A DNA stretch of 64,000 bases. Source: Candidatus Palauibacter ramosifaciens. Lineage in GTDB: Bacteria > Gemmatimonadota > Gemmatimonadetes > Palauibacterales > Palauibacteraceae. The number at the start of each line of letters is the position of its first letter. The stretch's first letter is position 1. The translations under genes were made by a program, and so were the position numbers. Under the pieces are notes generated by a model. The model did no database searches and was not told the origin of the DNA. It saw nothing but the letters and a program-made list of their open reading frames with translations. The stretch covers positions 14,459 to 78,458 of the forward strand of contig VXYT01000101.1 of NCBI GenBank assembly GCA_009845855.1, written 5' to 3'. Below are positions 56,730 to 64,000 of the stretch, one piece after another.

Positions 56730-57641
56730 TCACTCCGGTGCGCGCGTGATGAGCACGCGCGTGAACAGTTCGACGGAGGCATCGATCGCTTCGTCGAGTT
56801 GCGTCGTCGTCTCCGCGAACGGGTGTCCCGCCTGGAACGTGTGCGTACCCCCTTCTACCCCGACGAGCCGCGCGAGGTCGCCTACCGCGTCCGCGATCCG
56901 CCAGGCGTCGCTGAAGGGCACGGACTCGTCGGCGGTCCCGTGCACCACGGTGACCGGAATCCGCAGGCTCGCGGCGCTGGCGAGCACGTCGAGGCGCTCC
57001 CGGTTCGCGCGCATGTCGTCGAGCACGTTTCGCTCGAGCGGCATGTCCTGCTTCGTACGCGCGTTGGGGATGATCACGGTTTCCCCGGCGTCCCACCGGT
57101 CAGCGAAGCTCTCGTAGCGCGTGACCGAGGAGATCGAGGCCCATGTAACGAGCCCTCGGACCTGGGATCGGAGGCCCGCCTTCAGGATGCAGGTGGCGCC
57201 GCCACGGCTGTGTCCGAGCAGGCCGAAGCGCGTGGCTCGCGGCACCTTGACGTCTCCGAGCCGGCCAGCCGCGAGTCCGTCGAGGATGGCCTCCAGATCC
57301 CAAAGTTCGCGCGAGAAGGTGTTGTGGCTGAAGGCCTCCAGGTCGTCGAAGTCCGAGTCGCGTACGCCGGAACCGTCGAAGTTGAAGGAGACGACGGGGA
57401 TCCCCGTTCGTTCGGCGAGTCGTGCGCAGAGATGGGGGAAGAAGCCCCAGTCCTTGAACCCCTTGAAGCCGTGGCAGACGACGATCGCCGCGTCGGTTGC
57501 CACGCCGGCTTCCTCGGCGGCAGTTCCACTGACAACAGAAACGGGCGCTCGGTAGTCGCCGCGAAGGTCCGCGCCCGGCGGCGTGAGTCGAAACGGGGTG
57601 CGCGTCACGGTCCGCATCATGTCCTCACCGACCGCCTTCAT
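56730..57641 (-). CDS. Alpha/beta hydrolase
   Basis: HGFKGFKDWG, GHSRGG, HGTAD, HTF. ATG at 57641 overlaps the upstream TGA (alternative start 57620). Confidence 0.88.
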   Translation of the reverse strand: MKAVGEDMMRTVTRTPFRLTPPGADLRGDYRAPVSVVSGTAAEEAGVATDAAIVVCHGFKGFKDWGFFPHLCARLAERTGIPVVSFNFDGSGVRDSDFDDLEAFSHNTFSRELWDLEAILDGLAAGRLGDVKVPRATRFGLLGHSRGGATCILKAGLRSQVRGLVTWASISSVTRYESFADRWDAGETVIIPNARTKQDMPLERNVLDDMRANRERLDVLASAASLRIPVTVVHGTADESVPFSDAWRIADAVGDLARLVGVEGGTHTFQAGHPFAETTTQLDEAIDASVELFTRVLITRAPE

Positions 57642-58231
57642 CACGCGTTCCCGTCCCGCTGCCGTTGCGGCAGCCACATCGCGTCCTCGCGGCCGGCGCG
57701 CCGGTTCGCGGCCCGGGCGAGCGTGAAGAGCAGGTCGGAGAGACGGTTGATGTAGGGGACGACGACTTCGGCGAGGTCCGGCTGTTCGTCGAGGAGAGCC
57801 GTGACGCCTCGCTCCGCGCGCCGACAGACGGTGCGCGCGACATGCAACTGCGCGGCGAGGGGCGACCCGCCGGGCAGGACGAACGCATCGAGTTCAGGAA
57901 GCTCGGCGTCCAGCGCGTCGATCCAGGCTTCGAGCGCGTCGATCCGGTCGGCGGAGAGCGCGGGAATCGTGCCTTTTCGCAGCAACCGCTCCGGGTTCGC
58001 GGAGGCGAGGCGAGCCCCGATCGTGAACAGATCCTCCTGGACGGTTCGGAGCGCCGGCCCGGATTCGCCGAGCGTCGAACTCCGCGGGTCGAGGGCGAGT
58101 GCCACCCCGACCGCGGCGTTCAGTTCGTCAACGGTGCCGTACGCCGCGACCCGCGCATCGTCCTTCGGAACCCGCGCACCGCCGAGGAGACCGGTCTCCC
58201 CTCCGTCCCCACCTTTCGTGTATATCTTCAA
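57641..58231 (-). CDS. pduO: ATP:cob(I)alamin adenosyltransferase (PduO type)
   Basis: KIYTKGGDGGET, YGTVDELN, FVLPGG, RTVCRRAER, NRLSDLLF. Start TTG 58231 or GTG 58282. Confidence 0.93.
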   Translation of the reverse strand: MKIYTKGGDGGETGLLGGARVPKDDARVAAYGTVDELNAAVGVALALDPRSSTLGESGPALRTVQEDLFTIGARLASANPERLLRKGTIPALSADRIDALEAWIDALDAELPELDAFVLPGGSPLAAQLHVARTVCRRAERGVTALLDEQPDLAEVVVPYINRLSDLLFTLARAANRRAGREDAMWLPQRQRDGNA

Positions 58232-58365
58232 TCGGGATCGGCCGTCATCGGGTTTGGCCGCGTGCCGCGCGTCGTGCGCCACGCTGATGCGCGAACCTTA
58301 ACAGCCCGCGCCGAAACGCCGCCACCGGGCACCGCCACCGGGCACCGCCAACAGGGAGCCGTGAT

Positions 58366-60144
58366 GTGAAGACCGACCGAAGCGATGTCCTGCCCGCAAA
58401 CGTTCAGTCACGAAGAGTCTTCATCGCGACGGCGGCGGCCGGGGTGGGCGCGGCGGCGGCGGGCTCGCTCGGCGCGTGCGGTCCGGGTGACGAGGAGACG
58501 GCCGCGAGCACATCGGACAACGGGGCGCGGGACGTGGGCGGCGGGATCGTCGTCGCGCGCGGACCCATCGCGGTGGAGGCCGGGATCGGCGCGCTCAAGC
58601 GCGGCGGCAACGCGATCGACGCGGCGGTCGCGACGGCCTTCGCGCAGTTCATCACGACCCCGTTCTCGGCCGGTGTGGGCGGCTTCGGCTGCATGGTCGT
58701 GTACAACGCGAGCACCCGGCGCGCCACGTCCATCGACTTCCACGGGCGCGCCGGGAGCAGGGCGACGCCGGACATCTACCGGAGCGCGCTCGAGGGACGG
58801 ATCTACGGACACGCGGACCGCTGGAAGGTGCGCGGCGACATCAACCAGATCGGCTATCAATCCGTCGTCACTCCGGGGACGGTCGCCGGCCTGTGGGAGG
58901 CGTGGAGCCAGTTCGGGACGCGGCCGTGGGCCGAACTTGTAGAGCCGGCGATCCGGCTCGCCTACGACGGCTTCGAAATCCCCGGCGCCCTCGCGCGCGG
59001 CTTCACGACCCGGACCGAGTCGTCCTCGGGCGTCGTCCCGTTCTTCACCAAGGTCCAAACGACCGACGCCTCCGCCCGCATATTTCTCAACAACGGAGTA
59101 CCGTGGCGGGCCGGGGAACGGCTCGTGCAGCCCGATTACGGCCGCACGCTCGAACTCATCGCCGCGGGCGGGGCCGATGTGGTCTACCGCGGCGAGATCG
59201 CCGAACGCATCGCGGCAGACTTCGAGCGCAACGGCGGCCTCCTCACGATGGCCGACCTCGAGGCGTACACGCCCGATGTCTACGAGCCGGTGCATGGCAC
59301 CTACCGCGAACACGACGTGTTTTCGAACGCCCTGCCCGGCAGCGGCGCCCAGGTGATCGAGATCCTGAACCTTCTCGAGGGCTACGACGTGCCGGGTCTC
59401 GAACACGGGAAGGCGGACCACGTCGAACTGCTCGGCCGCGCCCAGATCCTCTCCTTCATCGACCGGCGCCGGTACCACGGCGACCCGAAGTTCATCGACG
59501 ACCCGACGGACATCCTCGTGTCGAAGGACCGCGCGGCGGAACTGAGAGGCTTCATCGACCGCCGCGAACTTCCGCCCGACGTTGTGGAGGAGCCGCCGGA
59601 GGGACCGGACACGACGCACCTCTCGACCGCCGACCGGGCCGGGAACTGCGTCGCGCTCACGCACACGCTCGGCTCCGCTTCGGGGGTCGTCACCGAAGGC
59701 CTCGGCTTCACGTGGAACAACTGCATGTTCCAGTTCAACCCGGTGGCCGGACGGCCGAACAGCATCGCGCCGGGGAAGGCGCGCATCACCGGGATCTCGC
59801 CGGCCATCGTGCTGCGGGATGGGCAGCCCATCCTGGTGACGGGCGCGGCGGGGGGCACCCGCATCCTGGGCGCCGTCCAGCACACGATCAGCAATACCGT
59901 CGACTTCGGCATGTCTGCGCTCGAAGCCGTTTCCGTCCCGCGCTGGCACTGGGAGGACCACCTGCTCGAGCTGGAGCCGCAGCTCTTTCATCACCTGAAG
60001 GAGGAGCTGGAGGGACGCGGTCTGGTGGTCGGGAACGACGCGTTCGTCGCGCAGCTCCACGCGGTCGGGATCGACCCGGACACAGGCCGTCTGACGGGGG
60101 GACCGGACCCGCGCGGGTGGGGCGGCGGATCGGCCACCGTCTAG
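58366..60144 (+). CDS. ggt: Gamma-glutamyltransferase family protein, Tat lipoprotein-like
   Basis: SRRVFI..LGAC; GGNAIDAAVA, TTHLS nucleophile, NSIAPGK, DPR. Confidence 0.9.
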   Translation: MKTDRSDVLPANVQSRRVFIATAAAGVGAAAAGSLGACGPGDEETAASTSDNGARDVGGGIVVARGPIAVEAGIGALKRGGNAIDAAVATAFAQFITTPFSAGVGGFGCMVVYNASTRRATSIDFHGRAGSRATPDIYRSALEGRIYGHADRWKVRGDINQIGYQSVVTPGTVAGLWEAWSQFGTRPWAELVEPAIRLAYDGFEIPGALARGFTTRTESSSGVVPFFTKVQTTDASARIFLNNGVPWRAGERLVQPDYGRTLELIAAGGADVVYRGEIAERIAADFERNGGLLTMADLEAYTPDVYEPVHGTYREHDVFSNALPGSGAQVIEILNLLEGYDVPGLEHGKADHVELLGRAQILSFIDRRRYHGDPKFIDDPTDILVSKDRAAELRGFIDRRELPPDVVEEPPEGPDTTHLSTADRAGNCVALTHTLGSASGVVTEGLGFTWNNCMFQFNPVAGRPNSIAPGKARITGISPAIVLRDGQPILVTGAAGGTRILGAVQHTISNTVDFGMSALEAVSVPRWHWEDHLLELEPQLFHHLKEELEGRGLVVGNDAFVAQLHAVGIDPDTGRLTGGPDPRGWGGGSATV

Positions 60145-60178
60145 CTCTCCGGCCAGCTCCCGGCGGGCCGTTTGAAGG

Positions 60179-60207
60179 TTGACACTTTTTCCATCCCTGT
60201 GTATCCT
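60179..60207 (+). promoter_or_regulatory. Sigma70 promoter of the tRNA cluster
   Basis: TTGACA-N17-TATCCT followed by a GC-rich discriminator, 11 nt before tRNA-fMet. Confidence 0.8.
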
Positions 60208-60218
60208 GCGGGTCGCGC

Positions 60219-60292
<74 letters not shown>

Positions 60293-60297
60293 TCTCT

Positions 60298-60333
60298 CGC
60301 CTCGCCTCGCAAAGCTGCGGGGCGAGGCGTTTT
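60298..60333 (+). terminator. Intrinsic terminator-like hairpin after tRNA-fMet
   Basis: CGCCTCGCCTCGC-aaagct-GCGGGGCGAGGCG-TTTT. Confidence 0.7.
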
Positions 60334-60367
60334 GGTCTCCGATCCCTTTTGCGGGACGGGGGTACGA

Positions 60368-60440
60368 TCCGGGGTAGCTCAGTGGCCAGAGCGGGTGGCT
60401 GTTAACCACTAGGTCGTGGGTTCGAATCCCACCCCCGGAG
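60368..60440 (+). tRNA. tRNA-Asn (GTT)
   Basis: GGTGG-CTGTTAA-CCACT; GGTTCGAATCC. Confidence 0.95.
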
Positions 60441-60475
60441 TCGGCAGCGGGGCTCTTGCCACGGGCTGCCAGGAC

Positions 60476-60548
60476 GGCTGGGTAGCTCAGGCGGTAGAGC
60501 ACGGCGCTGAAAACGCCGGTGTCGGCGGTTCGACTCCGCCCCCAGCCA
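60476..60548 (+). tRNA. tRNA-Phe (GAA)
   Basis: CGGCG-CTGAAAA-CGCCG. Confidence 0.95.
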
Positions 60549-60590
60549 TTTGCCACGGGCCGCCGTCGGCCGGTCCGCGGGAAGCGGCAG

Positions 60591-60663
60591 AGGGGCGTAG
60601 CTCAATTGGTAGAGCACCGGTCTCCAAAACCGGCGGTTGGGGGTTCGAGTCCCTCCGCCCCTG
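60591..60663 (+). tRNA. tRNA-Trp (CCA)
   Basis: CCGGT-CTCCAAA-ACCGG. Confidence 0.95.
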
Positions 60664-60666
60664 TCG

Positions 60667-60738
<72 letters not shown>

Positions 60739-60780
60739 TGGAGCAGCTTGGAACAGGATAACGGGATAACGGGATAACGG

Positions 60781-60855
60781 GCGCCCGTAGCTCAGTTGGA
60801 TCAGAGCACCGGCCTTCTAAGCCGGGGGTCCCAGGTTCGAGTCCTGGCGGGCGCG
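60781..60855 (+). tRNA. tRNA-Arg (TCT)
   Basis: CCGGC-CTTCTAA-GCCGG. Confidence 0.95.
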
Positions 60856-60883
60856 TGGCAGAAGGGGACGACAGCGGCAACGA

Positions 60884-60955
60884 GCCCCCATCGTCCAACG
60901 GCTAGGACACCACTCTTTCAAGGTGGAGATAGGGGTTCGATTCCCCTTGGGGGTA
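60884..60955 (+). tRNA. tRNA-Glu (TTC)
   Basis: CCACT-CTTTCAA-GGTGG. Confidence 0.92.
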
Positions 60956-61019
60956 CTCGACGGAAGCGCGGGACGGGAACGGCGATGGCCCGTCCACGGG
61001 AGGCGGAAGCGGGAAGCGC

Positions 61020-61092
61020 GGGGCCGTAGCTCAGCTGGGAGAGCGCTGCAATGGCATTGCAGAGGTCAGGGGTTCGAATCCCCTCGGCTCCA
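61020..61092 (+). tRNA. tRNA-Ala (GGC)
   Basis: CTGCA-ATGGCAT-TGCAG; G3:U70. Confidence 0.95.
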
Positions 61093-61152
61093 TTTCGTGG
61101 CCTGCGCGGTTTGCCCGCACGAGCCCGCGAACGAGAGCTTGTGACGTCGTAC

Positions 61153-61225
<73 letters not shown>

Positions 61226-61290
61226 TTCTCCCACCCGCCTCCTCATTCTCCCCCGCCTCCTCGCCACGCTCTCCCGGGCCGGCCTGCGCT

Positions 61291-62379
61291 TTACCGGTTC
61301 TCGCGCTCCTGTGCCCGGGCGCCGCGCAGCACGTTCTCCAGCGCGTAGTTCGCTTCGTGGCAGGCGTACTCGTAGAGGAGGTCGTCCATCCTCACGAACG
61401 GGACCTCGCCGCCCCACGGGGTCTCCCATGTGTCCGGGTCGTCGATCAGGAACTCGTAGTTGATCGTGCTCGCGTCCACGCGCGTGAGCCGTTCCGTGAT
61501 CTTCATGTTCGGACTCGCGCCGAAGAACTCGCGGTAGGCGGTGAGCTGCTGCGGATTGAGCTTCGACGTCTCGATCACGAGGGTGTCGTCCTCCCACCAG
61601 CCGCGGGAATCCCCGAACCAGGGCCGGATCGCATCGGGGAACGATGACGGGGCGCCGGTCTCGTCGGACGCTCCGGCGCCGGGAGCGACACCGATCGGAA
61701 TGATGCGGGCGTCGTGCACCATCTCCGTCATGATCATGAGATGGTCGGAGGTCTGCACGATCGTGTAGTTGTTGTTGTAGAAGTAGTTGGGGAGCATCGG
61801 AGGGCCGGCGTTGGACCCGAAGGAGACAATGCAGCGCTCGGAGAGGGGCCGGTTCTCGGGGTTGTCGTACTCTCCGTGCCGGCCGCGGGCGGCCATGAGC
61901 TGCCCGAGCCGCTGCTGGGCCTCGGCGGTGCGCGCGGGGATGCGGCCGTCTTCCGGAATCGTGAGGAGGGAACTGCGCGGTTCGCCGTTCACGACGGCGA
62001 CCCGATCTCCCCGGTCCAGGTAGAAGAGGTTGTAGCCCCCCGTGCCGCCGGCCGCGGCCTCCAGGATGAAGTCGCACCCGATGGCGATCCCGCCCTCCGC
62101 CGGTGCGTCGCGGTCCGGATCGCTGGATCCCGAGTGGGCCTCGATGCACTCCTGCCGGCCGCCCTCGATCTGCGCCACCTGCTCGGGCGTGAGCACAGCC
62201 TCGAACCGCCGGGGCCGCTCGATGGGGGTGATCGTCCCGTTCGTCCAGTTCCCCTGCAGGTCCGGCCGCCCGTCCGGCGTGCGCGGCACTGCGCCGCCAT
62301 CCTGCGCCCGCGCGACCGGGATGGACACCGCGACGACCACCGCGACCGCGACCGTTGCTCGAATCATGGTTGCCTTCAT
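61291..62379 (-). CDS. Secreted hypothetical protein (PRTPDGRPDLQGxW type)
   Basis: Signal peptide; RPLSERC, GDSRGWWEDDTLVIET, YEYACHEAN. Confidence 0.8.
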   Translation of the reverse strand: MKATMIRATVAVAVVVAVSIPVARAQDGGAVPRTPDGRPDLQGNWTNGTITPIERPRRFEAVLTPEQVAQIEGGRQECIEAHSGSSDPDRDAPAEGGIAIGCDFILEAAAGGTGGYNLFYLDRGDRVAVVNGEPRSSLLTIPEDGRIPARTAEAQQRLGQLMAARGRHGEYDNPENRPLSERCIVSFGSNAGPPMLPNYFYNNNYTIVQTSDHLMIMTEMVHDARIIPIGVAPGAGASDETGAPSSFPDAIRPWFGDSRGWWEDDTLVIETSKLNPQQLTAYREFFGASPNMKITERLTRVDASTINYEFLIDDPDTWETPWGGEVPFVRMDDLLYEYACHEANYALENVLRGARAQERENR

Positions 62380-62496
62380 CGGAACTTCCCCCGCGGTTCA
62401 GCGTCTCGGCGACACGAAGGGTCACTCTCCAATCATATGGCCCGTTGCGCGATGATTCACGGGTTCCGGTGGCGATGTCCCGCACCGATACCGACC

Positions 62497-62550
62497 TTGT
62501 TCCGCTTCGAGCGCGGAAACGCGTACGACGTGGAGATCGTTGACTACCAT
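62497..62550 (+). pseudogene. C-terminal remnant of a HigB/plasmid-killer toxin
   Basis: LFRFERGNAYDVEIVDYH matches the typical HigB C-terminus; the rest of the gene is missing. Confidence 0.6.
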
Positions 62551-62588
62551 CGCCAAGCGAGAATAGAGCCGATGATTGAGCCCACATC

Positions 62589-63176
62589 GTGACCGGCGAG
62601 CATGGTCTCTTCTCCTCGCGCCGCGAGAGACGCCTGTGGACCTGGGCGCTGGCGGTGGTCGTAGCGATCTATGCGACGGCCGATCTCGCGCGAACGCTGG
62701 CCGACGCGCTGCGCGAGAGCGGGCTGCTCGAACTCACCCCCACCATGTTCAGCGTCGGCATGCTCCTGATCGGGATCGCGATCCTGGTGCAGGGGCTGAG
62801 GGAGCGGTCGCGCGGCGTGGAGGTCGGCTTCGCGCTGGGCGTCGCGGCGATCGCCGTCATCGGCTTCGCCCGCGGGATCGCCGCGGCCGAGCGGTCCCAT
62901 CTCATCGAGTACGCGGTGCTGGCGCTCATCATCCACGAGGCCCTGGTGGAACGGACGGCCCACGGGAAGCGTGTCCCGGTCCCGGCCGTGCTGGCCATCA
63001 CGCTGACGACGGCAGTCGGCGTCGTGGATGAGTGCATCCAGTTCTTCCTGCCCAGCCGCACCTTCGACCTGTTCGACATCGGGTTCGACCTCCTGGCAAG
63101 CGTGCTTGCGGTCGGCTCGAGCGTCTCGATCCGCTGGGTCCGCCGCCTGATCGGAAGGTGGCGCTCCTCGCCGTAG
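62589..63176 (+). CDS. VanZ family membrane protein
   Basis: SHLIEYAVL, DECIQFFLPSRTFDLFDI. Confidence 0.82.
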   Translation: MTGEHGLFSSRRERRLWTWALAVVVAIYATADLARTLADALRESGLLELTPTMFSVGMLLIGIAILVQGLRERSRGVEVGFALGVAAIAVIGFARGIAAAERSHLIEYAVLALIIHEALVERTAHGKRVPVPAVLAITLTTAVGVVDECIQFFLPSRTFDLFDIGFDLLASVLAVGSSVSIRWVRRLIGRWRSSP

Positions 63177-63223
63177 TCCGGCGGCCTGGGTCCAAGGCCG
63201 CGCGGGGCGCCGAGGCGTATCGA

Positions 63224-63637
63224 CTAGTGTCGCGCGTCCCTCGTCCGCACTTGCCCCGCCGCCCCGTAATCCAGGATGGTCTGGTCGGCGGTGAGCAGCC
63301 GGGCTCCATGGTGGCGGGCCGTGGCGGCGATCAGCCGGTCGGCGGGGTCGGAGGTGAAGGCGCCCGGCAGGCGTACGCTCCCCACGGCGATCGCGGGTTC
63401 GATGGGGAGGAGTCGGAAGGCGGGCAGCTCGAGAACGGCGTCGATCCACTCCACGACATCACGATCGAGGCGCAGCCGTCCCCTCTCGGTCAGGAGGGCG
63501 ATCTCCCATGGAGTGATGGCGGACACACCGACACGACTCTCTCGACCGTTCGCTTCGATGACGCGGGCCGCGGCCGAGCCCAGTCTCCGATCTCCCTGGA
63601 TGGCCCAGATCAGCACATGGGTATCGACGACGATCAC
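63224..63637 (-). CDS. PIN domain toxin (VapC)
   Basis: IVVDTHVLIW, VSAITPWEI, DPADRLIAATA, LLTAD; GTGA overlap. Confidence 0.92.
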   Translation of the reverse strand: MIVVDTHVLIWAIQGDRRLGSAAARVIEANGRESRVGVSAITPWEIALLTERGRLRLDRDVVEWIDAVLELPAFRLLPIEPAIAVGSVRLPGAFTSDPADRLIAATARHHGARLLTADQTILDYGAAGQVRTRDARH

Positions 63638-63879
63638 CTCAGGGCATCCCATTCCGCCGGATCGGCGGCCGGCGCGAAGGGATCATCGTAGCCCAACACG
63701 GATCCCCGCAGCGCACCGATGATCTGCCGACGGCCGTCGTCGGGCCGGGGCACCGGCGCCAGCAGCGCGACGGGCCGACCGTGTTTGGTGATCGTGATCG
63801 GTTCCCGTTGCTCGGCGACCTGCGCAATCAGTCGCGCGCACGTCTTGCGGAACACCGCCACACCCACGGTTCTCGTCAT
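63634..63879 (-). CDS. Phd/YefM family antitoxin
   Basis: FRKTCARLI..V....EPITITKHGRPVALL. Start 63879 or 63885. Confidence 0.9.
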   Translation of the reverse strand: MTRTVGVAVFRKTCARLIAQVAEQREPITITKHGRPVALLAPVPRPDDGRRQIIGALRGSVLGYDDPFAPAADPAEWDALR

Positions 63880-63912
63880 GGCCATCCCCCAGGGTCCTGC
63901 TCCGAATTCGAG

Positions 63913-63933
63913 TATGTACATAAATAATGTACC
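63913..63933. promoter_or_regulatory. Putative Phd/YefM autorepression operator
   Basis: TATGTACATA palindrome plus TGTACC 13 bp away, in an AT-rich patch upstream of the antitoxin. Confidence 0.6.
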
Positions 63934-64000
63934 ATCATCCCAAAAACCATAACATCCGCTCATCCCGAGGCGTCTCGAATCACCCCTCCCACACGTTCTT

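Noticed and set aside
60756-60780. GGATAACG x3 before tRNA-Arg, and short duplications at 58321-58349 and 61224-61262
   Set aside because: Short slippage-type repeats with no evidence of function or att-site duplication.
61226-64000. Prophage or ICE integrated at tRNA-Lys
   Set aside because: No integrase and no repeat of the tRNA 3' end within the window; only TA genes and hypotheticals.

Overview
High-GC (roughly 70%) bacterial chromosome segment. Gene style (many Tat/Sec-exported hydrolases, LVIVD proteins, alpha2-type GlyRS, tandem secreted ankyrin proteins) suggests Gemmatimonadota, possibly a host- or sponge-associated lineage; this is inference only. About 55 real CDSs are present, and most long ORFs in the track are antisense or out-of-frame shadows. 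In order: a Tat-exported GMC oxidoreductase/TIM-barrel sugar cluster, S9 peptidases, two Cys-capped ankyrin proteins, a small TA/accessory islet, a kinase-M23-aminotransferase fusion, amidohydrolases, ferritin, a glyQS...nth-queG-desaturase run, a metal-homeostasis region (2-domain multicopper oxidase + ZIP behind a 22-bp palindrome, CutF-like leader + cusCBA, second MCO), housekeeping genes, a 9-tRNA cluster and a terminal Phd/VapC module. Best leads: (1) a PfkB kinase fused to a queuosine-salvage (DUF2419/Qng1)-like hydrolase with an EndoIII-type Fe-S motif; (2) a selenocysteine (UxxC) peroxiredoxin-like lipoprotein with a SECIS-like hairpin, split in two by the ORF caller; (3) the MCO-ZIP pair as a possible oxidase-coupled metal uptake system; (4) a leader peptide plus hairpin in front of cusCBA. 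No CRISPR array, rRNA, transposase or integrase was seen. All family assignments come from motif recognition by eye, not from database searches.
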